43,143 bases of DNA, from assembly GCA_947624885.1 (NCBI GenBank), contig CANQMD010000002.1, forward strand, positions 1 to 43,143. The letters run 5' to 3'. The DNA is from an uncultured Clostridia bacterium. GTDB lineage: Bacteria > Bacillota > Clostridia > Christensenellales > CAG-917. The notes under the pieces were generated by a model that was given only the letters and a program-made list of their open reading frames with translations, was not told the DNA's origin and made no database searches. A program made the position numbers and the translations under genes. This document shows, piece by piece, positions 18,027-27,274 of this stretch (positions within the stretch are counted from its first letter, which is position 1; every line of letters starts with the position of its first letter).

Positions 18027-18060
18027 GCGCCGAAGTTGCTTTTGCGACTTCGGCGCTTTT
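18027..18060 (+). terminator. Intrinsic terminator after the hydrolase gene
   Basis: GCGCCGAAGT / ACTTCGGCGC 10-bp stem followed by TTTT. Confidence 0.7.
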
Positions 18061-18139
18061 ACACAGTATTGTCGCGCGATCCATTCGCATTTGCACAGCC
18101 GAAACGGATTTTCATTTTATTTTTTTATTATTGTCGCGT

Positions 18140-18226
18140 GCGCGTGCGAGAGGCGCGCAATGAAGGATATGGAAAATCATTCCAAATCTACGGCGGCGGA
18201 TGCTGGCGCGTGCGCGAGGCGCGCAA
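18140..18226. repeat. Two copies of a GC-rich 21-mer, 66 bp apart
   Basis: GCGCGTGCGAGAGGCGCGCAA (18140-18160) and GCGCGTGCGCGAGGCGCGCAA (18206-18226) are identical at 20 of 21 positions. Each can form a GCGCG/CGCGC hairpin. Confidence 0.7.
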
Positions 18227-18247
18227 GATGTTGAGTGCTTTGCGCAC

Positions 18248-18263
18248 GCACAATATATTGTGC
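18248..18263. promoter_or_regulatory. Perfect 16-bp palindrome upstream of the xpt promoter (possible regulator site)
   Basis: GCACAATATATTGTGC, about 110 bp upstream of the xpt -35 box. Confidence 0.3.
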
Positions 18264-18371
18264 TTGTTTGCGTATCCCGACCGCAATATATGAGGAATTT
18301 ACAAATTTTCGTGGCGGGGAAATACTATTTGTGTTTTTTTGAAATTTTTTGTCGCAACCCCCTCAATTCGT

Positions 18372-18401
18372 TTGACATAGGCGGGAGCGATTTATTATAA
18401 T
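18372..18401 (+). promoter_or_regulatory. Sigma-A-type promoter of the xpt-nucleoside transporter operon
   Basis: TTGACA (18372-18377), an 18-nt spacer, then TATAAT (18396-18401). Confidence 0.6.
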
Positions 18402-18486
18402 TCATTCATCATTTTCCCTTGAGGCGCGTTGCGTCGCGGGGGCATGGCAAAGCAGCGATTCGCCCAAGTTTGGGCGCGGAGGTTGT

Positions 18487-19065
18487 ATGAGGCTTCTTGA
18501 AGAGCGCATTTTGCGGGACGGCAAGGTTTATCCCGGCGAGGTCCTGAAGGTCAGCGGATTTTTGAATCATCTGATAGATGAAGATCTGCTGGACGAGATC
18601 GGCAAGGAGATTTCTGCGCGCTTTGCCACGGACGGAGTCACAAAGATCCTCACCATAGAGGCATCGGGCATAGCGATAGCATGTGCGGCGGCACGCTATC
18701 TGCACGCTCCGATGCTTTTTGCTAAAAAGAGCAGGACTTCCAACATCTCCTCAAGCTGTTACACTGCGGAAGTCATGTCCTACACGCACGGCACCAAAAG
18801 CACTGTCTGTGTGGACAAGGACTTTCTTTGCGCGGGCGACAGGGTGCTGATCGTGGACGATTTTCTTGCTCGCGGCGAGGCGGTGAAGGGTTTGATCAGC
18901 TTGATACAGCAGGCGGGCGCGACGCTTGTCGGCTGTGCGATCGCCATCGAGAAGGGCTTCCAGCCGGGCGGGGCGGAGCTCAGGGCGCAGGGCATACGCG
19001 TGGAGAGCCTTGCCATCATCGAGTCCATGACGGACGCGGATCTGACATTCCGCCCACAGGATTGA
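18487..19065 (+). CDS. xpt: Xanthine phosphoribosyltransferase
   Basis: 192 aa. MRLLEERILRDGKVYPGEVLKVSGFLNH is a typical Xpt N-terminus. The PRPP-binding loop is VLIVDDFLARGEA. Confidence 0.9.
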   Translation: MRLLEERILRDGKVYPGEVLKVSGFLNHLIDEDLLDEIGKEISARFATDGVTKILTIEASGIAIACAAARYLHAPMLFAKKSRTSNISSSCYTAEVMSYTHGTKSTVCVDKDFLCAGDRVLIVDDFLARGEAVKGLISLIQQAGATLVGCAIAIEKGFQPGGAELRAQGIRVESLAIIESMTDADLTFRPQD

Positions 19066-19104
19066 ACAAAAATTAAGCCTAACGGCTAAAAAGGAGAATT
19101 ATCA

Positions 19105-20367
19105 ATGAAAAAGAGAATTTTGTCGATAGTGCTCATCGTAGCGCTTGTGGCATCACTCACCATCGGTCTTGCGATCGGCCTCACCGGCTGCGATGATACG
19201 CCTGCAGCGCGCGAAGTCAAACTTGCAAAGCTCGACAAGACGGCAGTCAAGATAGGTCTCATTTGCCTGCATGACGAGAACTCGACCTATGACAAGAACT
19301 TCATCGACGCAATGGAGACGGCAAGGCAAAATCTTGGACTCACAGAGTCGCAAGTTGTCATCAAGAAGAACATTCCCGAAGGACCCGCATGCTATGACGC
19401 CGCTTCCGAACTTGTAGGACTCGGCTGCAACATCATCTTCGCGGACAGCTTCGGCCATGAGGATTATATCATGCAAGCGGCATGGGAGTTCCCCACCGTT
19501 CGCTTCTGCCATGCCACGGGCACAAAGGCTCGCACGGCAAACTATGGCAACTTCTACAATGCATTCGCTTCCATCTATGAGGGCAGATATCTCGCAGGCG
19601 TTATCGCAGGTCTCAAGCTTCAGGATATGGGCTATGGCGAAGGCGGTAGCAAAAACAATGCGGCCCCCAAGGTCGGTTATGTCGGCGCATTCCCCTATGC
19701 GGAAGTCAAGTCCGGTTACACCAGCTGGTTCCTCGGCGTTCGCTCCATAATCCCCGGAGCAACAATGGAAGTCACATTCACAAACAGTTGGTTGGATGAG
19801 ACCGCCGAAAAGAACGCGGCAAATGCTCTTATCGACCGTGGTTGTGTGCTTATTTCGCAACATGCGGACAGTTGGGGCGCACCTACAGCTTGCGAAGAGA
19901 AAAATATTCCCAACATCACATACAACATTTCCACATCATCTAAGGCTCCGGAAACTTATCTCGGCGGCTCCAGGATCAACTGGGCACCTTATTATGAGTA
20001 TGTCGTAAATCAAGCGATCGCAGGTGCGCCTATCGCATACGACTATGTCGGCACTCTCAAGACCGGTTCCGTTGAACTTCTGCCTCTCGGTAAAAATGTA
20101 GCGGAAGGGACGCAGGCAAAGCTTGATGAGATCATCGAGAAGCTCAAAAACGGCACGCTCGACATCTTCGATCTCGACAGCTTCACGGTCAAGGGCGCAA
20201 AACTCACCGAGTTGCAACTCGCAGACGTTGTGACGGACGACGCTTTCACACCCGACACTCTTGTTGTCGAGAACGGCGCAGACGGCCTTGCTTTCAAAGA
20301 GAGCAGCAAGCGCTCCGCACCTTATTTCGATCTCGACATTGACGGTATCACGCTGTTGATGGACTGA
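19105..20367 (+). CDS. BMP-family (PnrA/Med-like) ABC transporter substrate-binding lipoprotein, probable nucleoside binding
   Basis: 420 aa with lipobox GLTGC and an AAAGGAG RBS. It is followed by the cognate ATPase and two permeases. Confidence 0.85.
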   Translation: MKKRILSIVLIVALVASLTIGLAIGLTGCDDTPAAREVKLAKLDKTAVKIGLICLHDENSTYDKNFIDAMETARQNLGLTESQVVIKKNIPEGPACYDAASELVGLGCNIIFADSFGHEDYIMQAAWEFPTVRFCHATGTKARTANYGNFYNAFASIYEGRYLAGVIAGLKLQDMGYGEGGSKNNAAPKVGYVGAFPYAEVKSGYTSWFLGVRSIIPGATMEVTFTNSWLDETAEKNAANALIDRGCVLISQHADSWGAPTACEEKNIPNITYNISTSSKAPETYLGGSRINWAPYYEYVVNQAIAGAPIAYDYVGTLKTGSVELLPLGKNVAEGTQAKLDEIIEKLKNGTLDIFDLDSFTVKGAKLTELQLADVVTDDAFTPDTLVVENGADGLAFKESSKRSAPYFDLDIDGITLLMD

Positions 20368-20377
20368 TAGAGATTTT

Positions 20378-20415
20378 CGATTAGACGGGGGCAACCCCGT
20401 CTAATCGGTTTTTTT
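20378..20415 (+). terminator. Strong intra-operon terminator after the binding-protein gene
   Basis: 13-bp stem CGATTAGACGGGG / CCCCGTCTAATCG with a GCAA loop, followed by seven T. Confidence 0.8.
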
Positions 20416-20421
20416 GCTTTG

Positions 20422-20473
20422 ATAAATTGTCAAATGGAGTGGAAAATTTTTTGCGGTCCATTTGACAATTTAT
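20422..20473. repeat. Perfect 17-bp inverted repeat (hairpin) with AATTGTCAA/TTGACAATT core
   Basis: ATAAATTGTCAAATGGA (20422-20438), an 18-nt loop, then TCCATTTGACAATTTAT (20457-20473). The arm core is shared with the hairpins at 31441-31605. Confidence 0.85.
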
Positions 20474-20517
20474 TGACTTAAAATTTGAGTGACTGAAAAA
20501 ACAACGGAGGTAACAGC

Positions 20518-22323
20518 GTGGAAAAAACTGTTGCTATTGAGCTTAGAGGCATCACAAAGACATTCGGCGATGTGGTTGCCAACAAAAATGTGGATCTCGA
20601 CGTCTATAGGGGCGAGATACTTTCTATTTTAGGGGAAAATGGAAGCGGCAAGACCACCCTCATGAACATGATTGCCGGCATCTATTTCCCCGACGAGGGG
20701 CACATCTACATAAACGGCGAGGAAGTCGTCATCAAGTCGCCAAAGGACGCGTTCGCCCACAGGATAGGCATGATCCATCAGCACTTCAAACTTGTGGACA
20801 CTTTCAGCGCGGCGGACAACATCATCCTCGGTGAAAAATGCCCCAAATTCGATCTCAAGGCGGAAAGGGCAAAACTTGTCGAAGCGCACAAAGCGGAAAA
20901 CGAGGCTTACGAAAATTATGACGAAGCCGAGCATCCCGGTCCTCTCGCCTACATGAAAAAACCCAAATTCCACTCCGAAAAGGAGACAAAGCGCCGTCTT
21001 GCGCTCATGCCTCTCACAGGGATATGGAAGAAGATAAAATTCAATTGGCTTGCCAAAAAGCGCGCAGACGTCGTGCAGGACATCGCAAACCGTTTCGGAT
21101 TCAAAATCGACCTCAAAAAGAAAATATACGACATGTCCGTCAGTGAAAAACAGACTGTCGAGATAATAAAAGTGTTATATCGTGGCGCCGACATCCTCAT
21201 TTTGGACGAACCGACCGCGGTGCTAACTCCTCAGGAGATAGAAAAATTGTTCGACGTGCTTCGCAACATGAAGGCGGCGGGCAAGTCCATAATCATCATC
21301 ACCCACAAACTCAACGAAGTTATGGAGATATCCGACAGAGTCGCCGTGCTCAGAAAGGGCGAACATATCGCGACCGTCAACACTGCCGACACCAACGAGC
21401 AGCAACTCACCGAGATGATGGTCGGCAAAAAGGTGTCCCTCAACATCGACCGCACCGAGCCGCACGATGTCAAAAACAGGCTTGTGGTCAGCGGGCTTTC
21501 CGCAGTCGATCCCGACGGAGTCAAGGTGCTTGACAACGTGTCGTTTGAGGCAAGATCGGGCGAGATCCTCGGCATTGCGGGCATCGCGGGCAGCGGACAG
21601 AGGCAGTTGCTTGAAGCCATCGCCGGGCTATACAAAGTCAAAGAGGGCAGCATCACCTATTTCGATCCCTCAAAGGACGACGCACCCGTCGATCTTCGCT
21701 CCAAAACTCCCGTGCAGATTCGCGACCTCGGCGTGAGGCTGTCGTTTGTGCCCGAGGACAGGTTGGGAATGGGGCTCGTCGGCAATATGGACCTCATCGA
21801 CAATATGATGCTCCGCTCCTACCGCAAAGGCTTTATGTTCCTTGACAGAAAGTCCCCCAAGAAACTTGCGGAAACGATTGTTGAAGAGCTCGAGGTCGTC
21901 ACTCCAAGCACGCACACCGCCGTTAGAAAATTGTCGGGCGGCAATGTGCAAAAGGTGCTCGTCGGGCGCGAGATAGCCGCCTCGCCGTCCGTGCTCATGG
22001 CGGCATACCCCGTGAGAGGCCTCGATATCAACTCGTCCTACACGATATACAACCTGCTCAACGACCAAAAGGAGAAGGGCGTCGCGGTCATTTTCGTAGG
22101 CGAGGACCTCGACGTGCTCATCGAGCTCTGCGACCGCATACTTGTCATTTGCGCGGGCAGAGTTACGGGCGTCGTGGACGGCAGACGCGCCATCAAGGAG
22201 CAGATCGGCTTGCTCATGACCAAAACGTCGCACGACGTCGACGAAAATCAGATATCCATCGACGATCTGCACACAGAGAGCGAAAATGATACAGCCAACA
22301 GCGAAGGAGGGGATGCACAATGA
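20518..22323 (+). CDS. ABC transporter ATP-binding protein with two fused NBDs (nucleoside/sugar type)
   Basis: 601 aa with a GTG start after GGAGG. NBD1 has Walker A GENGSGKTT and Walker B ILILDEPT, and NBD2 has GIAGSGQ. NBD1 carries an insertion of about 65 aa, and the C-terminus has an acidic tail. Confidence 0.9.
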   Translation: MEKTVAIELRGITKTFGDVVANKNVDLDVYRGEILSILGENGSGKTTLMNMIAGIYFPDEGHIYINGEEVVIKSPKDAFAHRIGMIHQHFKLVDTFSAADNIILGEKCPKFDLKAERAKLVEAHKAENEAYENYDEAEHPGPLAYMKKPKFHSEKETKRRLALMPLTGIWKKIKFNWLAKKRADVVQDIANRFGFKIDLKKKIYDMSVSEKQTVEIIKVLYRGADILILDEPTAVLTPQEIEKLFDVLRNMKAAGKSIIIITHKLNEVMEISDRVAVLRKGEHIATVNTADTNEQQLTEMMVGKKVSLNIDRTEPHDVKNRLVVSGLSAVDPDGVKVLDNVSFEARSGEILGIAGIAGSGQRQLLEAIAGLYKVKEGSITYFDPSKDDAPVDLRSKTPVQIRDLGVRLSFVPEDRLGMGLVGNMDLIDNMMLRSYRKGFMFLDRKSPKKLAETIVEELEVVTPSTHTAVRKLSGGNVQKVLVGREIAASPSVLMAAYPVRGLDINSSYTIYNLLNDQKEKGVAVIFVGEDLDVLIELCDRILVICAGRVTGVVDGRRAIKEQIGLLMTKTSHDVDENQISIDDLHTESENDTANSEGGDAQ

Positions 22324-23603
22324 GATCCGTAACAGGCAAACCGAGCAAATTTGACGCCTTTGTCGACAAACTCAAAAAGGAATCCCCCATACATATCTCA
22401 AAAAGAGTGGATATGCCCGCATGGAAACAGTGGCTCATACGGCTTGCCGCAATAGTAGTGGCGCTGTTTATATGCGCGATCATCACCGTTTCCGAAGGCG
22501 GCGATTTCGGCGGATTTTTTGTTCAACTCGGCAATGCGAACTTCATGCAGCTACGCAATTTTATCGTTTTGTTGCAGGAGACCGCGATATTGTTGCTCAT
22601 AGCGCTTGCAATAACTCCCGCGTTCAAAATGAAGTTTTGGAACATCGGCGCCGAGGGGCAGGTGCTCATGGGGGGACTCATGTGCGCGACCTGCATGTTC
22701 TATCTCGGCGGAAAAATGTCTAACAGCGCGTTGATAGTCGTCATGTTGATCGCAAGTATAGCGGGCGGTGCGATATGGGCAGTTATCCCCGCTTTATTCA
22801 AGGCAAAGTGGAACACCAACGAGACGCTTTTCACACTAATGCTCAACTATATCGCGATGGGGTTGATATCGTTTGTGCTCACCATATGGGTGCGTAGCGG
22901 TTCCGGAGTGCTCGGCGTGTTGAGGTACGGTCAATTCCCGAGGATAGGCAATCAGCCTTATGTTTTGAATATAATAATCGTCGCGATAATAACCGTTTTG
23001 ATCTGGATATATCTTCGTTTTTCCAAACACGGCTATGAGCTGTCCGTCGTCGGCGAATCCATCAACACCGCAAAATACATCGGCATAAGCGTGCCCAAAG
23101 TCATCATCCGCACGATGCTTCTTTCGGGCGCGTTGTGCGGTATAGCGGGATGGTTGCTTGTCGGCGGCACAAGTTATTCCATCACAACAAACACAGCGGG
23201 AGGCAGAGGATTCACCGCTATCTTGATAAGTTGGCTCGGACATTTTGAACCGATCTCGATGGTCGTGTTCTCGCTTATAGCGGCATTTTTGAGCAAAGGC
23301 GCGTCGCAAGTGGCGCTCACGTATCATCTGAGCGGCTCATTCCCCGAGATCATAACAAGCATATTCTTCTTTGCCATTATCGCATGCGAGTTTTTCAACA
23401 ACTACAAGGTCAAATTCAACTTTGCGCATTTCAAAAAGTCAAAAGAGCAGGGCGGTGAAGCTACGACCGCAGTCATATCGGACAGCGAGCGAGAGGACGG
23501 CGAAAAAGGGATAGAAGATACGGCAGAAGAACATATCGAGCAGCCGACGTCCGAGGGCGCGGCGCTCGAAGGAAAAGATTTGGAAGGGGAGGTGACAGAG
23601 TAA
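22320..23603 (+). CDS. ABC transporter permease (BMP-system, first permease)
   Basis: 427-aa polytopic protein. Its start overlaps the ATPase gene stop in an ATGA. The C-terminal roughly 60 aa are acidic and non-membrane. Confidence 0.88.
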   Translation: MRSVTGKPSKFDAFVDKLKKESPIHISKRVDMPAWKQWLIRLAAIVVALFICAIITVSEGGDFGGFFVQLGNANFMQLRNFIVLLQETAILLLIALAITPAFKMKFWNIGAEGQVLMGGLMCATCMFYLGGKMSNSALIVVMLIASIAGGAIWAVIPALFKAKWNTNETLFTLMLNYIAMGLISFVLTIWVRSGSGVLGVLRYGQFPRIGNQPYVLNIIIVAIITVLIWIYLRFSKHGYELSVVGESINTAKYIGISVPKVIIRTMLLSGALCGIAGWLLVGGTSYSITTNTAGGRGFTAILISWLGHFEPISMVVFSLIAAFLSKGASQVALTYHLSGSFPEIITSIFFFAIIACEFFNNYKVKFNFAHFKKSKEQGGEATTAVISDSEREDGEKGIEDTAEEHIEQPTSEGAALEGKDLEGEVTE

Positions 23604-24574
23604 TGTTTTGGACGTTTCTCAGCAGATCGATAAGATTCAGCACCATATTCCTTTATGGATCCACGGGCGAAATAATCACGGAAAAATCGGGACATTTGAA
23701 TTTGGGAGTTCCGGGCGTCATGTGTATAGGGGCGGTCGGAGGTTGCCTCGGCATAAACGCCTATCTCAAAACGCTTGGAAGCGCGGCTGACATGAGCGCA
23801 TTCGGCGTCGTTATAATAGGAATACTTTGCGCATTGTTGGCGGGAGCTTTGGCAGGATTGCTCTTCAGTTTCTTCACCGTGACTTTGCGTTGCAATCAAA
23901 ATGTTACGGGCCTCACGCTCACGACTTTCGGCGCCGCGTTTATGAAATTCATGTTAGGCGATCTTGAAAATTCAAGTTCTGTTGTAAACCTCGGCACCGC
24001 AAGCCGCGCGTTTACTCAAAGTATGTTGCCGTCGGAACCGTCAAACTGGTTTGAACAGCTGTTTCTCTCATACGGCGTTTTGGTGTATTTGGCGATAGCG
24101 ATAGCCATTGCAGCGGCAATTATTCTCAAGCGTACGCGCACGGGGCTCAATCTTCGCGCCGTCGGAGAAAATCCCGCAACGGCGGACGCGGCGGGCATAA
24201 GCGTGGGCAAATACAGATATCTGTCGACTATCTTAGGGTGCGCGATAGCGGCGCTCGGCGGTCTGTTCTACATCATGGATTCGTTGGGCGGAGCTCTCGA
24301 ATTCACCGTCGACGCCTACGGATGGATGGCGGTCGCTCTCGTTATTTTTTCCATATGGAAACCAAACTGGGCGATCCTCGGCTCTATCCTTTTCGGAGCG
24401 CTGTATATTGCGCCGAACTATTTGCTCAACCTCAGCTTTTCGGAAAAAGAGATCATCAAACTCTTGCCTTACATCGTCACGGTGCTAGTGCTCATCATCA
24501 CGTCCATATTCGGCAAAAGGAGCGTGCAACCTCCCGCGGCGCTGGGCACAACGTATTTCCGCGAGGAGAGATAG
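23603..24574 (+). CDS. ABC transporter permease (BMP-system, second permease)
   Basis: 323-aa polytopic protein. Its start overlaps the upstream stop in a TAATG. Confidence 0.88.
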   Translation: MFWTFLSRSIRFSTIFLYGSTGEIITEKSGHLNLGVPGVMCIGAVGGCLGINAYLKTLGSAADMSAFGVVIIGILCALLAGALAGLLFSFFTVTLRCNQNVTGLTLTTFGAAFMKFMLGDLENSSSVVNLGTASRAFTQSMLPSEPSNWFEQLFLSYGVLVYLAIAIAIAAAIILKRTRTGLNLRAVGENPATADAAGISVGKYRYLSTILGCAIAALGGLFYIMDSLGGALEFTVDAYGWMAVALVIFSIWKPNWAILGSILFGALYIAPNYLLNLSFSEKEIIKLLPYIVTVLVLIITSIFGKRSVQPPAALGTTYFREER

Positions 24575-24658
24575 CGCCGCACATCTCGGCGCGGCAGTCG
24601 CGTTATTCGCGGTGCAAACATCCGCCTCGCAGGGCATATCATTCAAACAAAAAGCAAA

Positions 24659-24692
24659 CAAAAAACATTCCTGATTTTGGGAATGTTTTTTT
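24659..24692. terminator. Bidirectional terminator between the transporter operon and dnaI
   Basis: AACATTCC / GGAATGTT stem flanked by AAAAA upstream and TTTTTTT downstream, between convergent genes. Confidence 0.7.
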
Positions 24693-24780
24693 CACAACAA
24701 GCGGTTTATCTGTGCAAAATATGTCGCAAAACTTCTGTTTGTGCAACATCGGGCGCGTGTTTCGTCGCGATTTGTTGCGT

Positions 24781-25695
24781 TCAACGCCTCAGATCGTCGC
24801 CTTTCAAGCAGAAGATCTGCGACGTGCCTCTCTCCGACAGCCTTGAGCAGATCCTTTCCTGATATCTTGCCATCAACTCTTTCATCGACAGGTTTGACGT
24901 GATCACGGTGCTTTTGCCCGCGCGAAGCCTCTCCTCCAGCAGCACCAGCAGATATTCAAGCGTAACGTTCCTCAAGATCGGCTCCGTGCCCAGATCGTCA
25001 ATGACCAGCAAGTCTGCTTCCGTGACGGGCGTGAGTATGCCGTCGCGCTGTGCGATAGGCGACGTATGGCACTTCAAAAACAGGCTGTTCAACTCATACG
25101 CGCTTAAAAACAGCGCGGATCTGCCTCTCTCGACCGTCGCCAGAGCCACCGCGCCCGCAAGCGTAGTTTTGCCGGTGCCTGTGCCTCCGAGCAGCGCAAG
25201 AGTTTTATATTTCACGTTCGGCAGCTTTGCGGAGTACGCCTTCAGCCAGCCCATGATTTTTTGGAGGTCGGCGCGCTGTTCAAGGTTTTTTACTCTTTGC
25301 ACGTCGATATTTTCAAATCGTGGCAGGGCGCGATCTTGCAACCCGCATTCGCGTTTGAGGTATGCGACGTATTCCGCCTCGGCGCATTTGCACGGTTTTC
25401 CGCCCGCGATCCCCGTATCTCCGCAGATAGGGCAGGCGGGGACAAACTCGAAGTCGCTTTCCGCATAGCCGTGAGCGGCGAGTGCGGCGATATATTTTGC
25501 ATGCGCATTTTCTGCCATATCCCTTCCCGTTCCGCTCATGCCGCACGCAAAACTTGTTTTGACAAATTCCGCATGCGCGTCCCTGATATCGGGCATAGCA
25601 AACGCGGCGACGAGCCTGTTTTCCGCCTCCGCCTTTTTGGCGTTTATCATCTTTTGTCGCGCGGCGACAAGCGCGGTCAAAGCCCTCTTTTTCAT
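24781..25695 (-). CDS. dnaI: DnaC/DnaI-family replicative helicase loader
   Basis: 304 aa with an N-terminal Zn motif (CPICGDTG...KPCKC), Walker A GGTGTGKTT and Walker B LLVIDDLG. Its start overlaps the upstream gene's stop in an ATGA. Confidence 0.8.
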   Translation of the reverse strand: MKKRALTALVAARQKMINAKKAEAENRLVAAFAMPDIRDAHAEFVKTSFACGMSGTGRDMAENAHAKYIAALAAHGYAESDFEFVPACPICGDTGIAGGKPCKCAEAEYVAYLKRECGLQDRALPRFENIDVQRVKNLEQRADLQKIMGWLKAYSAKLPNVKYKTLALLGGTGTGKTTLAGAVALATVERGRSALFLSAYELNSLFLKCHTSPIAQRDGILTPVTEADLLVIDDLGTEPILRNVTLEYLLVLLEERLRAGKSTVITSNLSMKELMARYQERICSRLSERGTSQIFCLKGDDLRR

Positions 25696-27131
25696 ACGTC
25701 GTCCTCGCTCAGTTTGTCTATGCTTGTGATTATCGAGCGCAACTCCTCGTCTGAGTAGTCCCTCTGTTCAAAATTCGCTTTTTGCGGCTGTTGTGCGCCC
25801 ATGCCGAACTTTTCCGCCTGTTCGACGGTAGACACGCCGTTTTTGCGATATGCGGACAGCAGCTGATTGATGTATGGCGTGGGGTATGTCCTTCCCACCG
25901 CCTGCGCCGCGGCAAACAGAATTATGTCGTCGTCAAACCCCCAATCCGCCGTCCAAGTGCGATACAGATCGCGGTCGTTCTGCGTGACCTGCCGCGAGGA
26001 CCCGCATTTTTCGATGATCTTGCGGATCTTGCCGTCCTGCGCGATCTGAGCGCGAAGGTATTCGTCTATGCTCGCCTCCGTCAGCAGGCCCAGCGAAAAG
26101 AATTTGTTGACGACGTTGTTCATGCCCTCGAGCGTGCGCACGCTGGTGATGTAGCAGTAGTGCGCAAGCGCGATGAGCGCGCCGTCGTCAAAGCCCTTTG
26201 CCGTCCACGGCGCGATATACACCTCAAGTTCGTGTTCCAGCGATTCGTAGTACACGCCCAGGTTTTTGTTGACGGCGATCGCCAGCGCCTTCAGCCTTTC
26301 CATCTGAGTTTGGTAGTCCTTGATCTGTTCCACGGTGAAGATTGACATGCGGTAAAACTCGTCAAGTTTCGCGTCCAATTTAGAGAATGTTTTGCCGCCT
26401 TTCAGCGACTTGACCGCGGCGAGGATCGCGTCCAACTCGTATCCCCAACTGCGCGTCCATTTGAGCAGAAATTGTTTGTCCTCAAGTTCCGCGCCGCCCT
26501 TTCTGCCGAGCGCGGACAGCACCATACGCATATCCTCGCTTTGATTTTCGTATTCTTTCAGTTTTTCCTCCACGTCCGCGACGGTGCGCACGCCGTCCGC
26601 CGCCCAGTTTCTTGCGACGGTGAGGATATACGGATATCTCACGCCCATGCCCTTCAGATTTATGCAATATTGCACGATCATCAGCATCGCGTCTTGTTCT
26701 ATGCGAGTGCTGTCCAAAAACATGTAGTATTCGTTGTACTCGTTGGGCATGATCTGCCTTTCGGGGAAGAGTTGTTGCAATTGGATATTGAAGTCGTTCC
26801 ACTTTTCGCCGCGGTATTTTTTTGGCGGTTGATTCGCCTTTTTGATGCTGAGATATGCGATCTCCAGCGGCGATTTTGAAATTATGCGACAAAGCCCCAT
26901 ATCCTCAAAATATCCGTAAGCGCTCATCACCTCCGCCTCCGTCATATCCAGAGTGGAGCACAGCGCGTCCAAGGTGTTTTGTTTTTCGGGGACGGCGCAC
27001 AGATACAGCCCGTACAGATACACCTTGATCTGCTTTTCGTCTAGGTAGGGCATGTGCTCGATTATGAAAAGATTGTCCACCAGCGTGAACGTATCGATCA
27101 GAAAATCGCTTGAAAATTTGACGACGCTCAT
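25692..27131 (-). CDS. DnaD-domain replication initiation protein (B. subtilis DnaB-like)
   Basis: Repeated DnaD-type C-terminal modules are present (ARNWAADGVRTVADVE, WTRSWGYELDAILAAV, WTADWGFDDDIILFAA, AYRKNGVSTVEQAE). It is paired with dnaI, as in Bacillus. I prefer the ATG at 27131, after GGGGAGA, over the ORF-track start at 27248. Confidence 0.75.
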   Translation of the reverse strand: MSVVKFSSDFLIDTFTLVDNLFIIEHMPYLDEKQIKVYLYGLYLCAVPEKQNTLDALCSTLDMTEAEVMSAYGYFEDMGLCRIISKSPLEIAYLSIKKANQPPKKYRGEKWNDFNIQLQQLFPERQIMPNEYNEYYMFLDSTRIEQDAMLMIVQYCINLKGMGVRYPYILTVARNWAADGVRTVADVEEKLKEYENQSEDMRMVLSALGRKGGAELEDKQFLLKWTRSWGYELDAILAAVKSLKGGKTFSKLDAKLDEFYRMSIFTVEQIKDYQTQMERLKALAIAVNKNLGVYYESLEHELEVYIAPWTAKGFDDGALIALAHYCYITSVRTLEGMNNVVNKFFSLGLLTEASIDEYLRAQIAQDGKIRKIIEKCGSSRQVTQNDRDLYRTWTADWGFDDDIILFAAAQAVGRTYPTPYINQLLSAYRKNGVSTVEQAEKFGMGAQQPQKANFEQRDYSDEELRSIITSIDKLSEDDV

Positions 27132-27274
27132 CTCTTCATCTCCCCGGATAGTGATGCTTTGATAGCATACCACAAAATCCCGCCGCTGACAATTGTTGTT
27201 TGCAATTTTTTTTGCGACCACAACATCTTGTTGCGCCCGTAAGAACAAATCATATTGATACGCGCGTAAAATTG

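Noticed and set aside
18402-18486. Guanine/purine riboswitch upstream of xpt.
   Set aside because: I looked for the conserved TATAAT...ATATGG...TTTCTACC...CTA core segments and the three-way junction and found none. This is reported as a finding about absence and needs a covariance-model scan.
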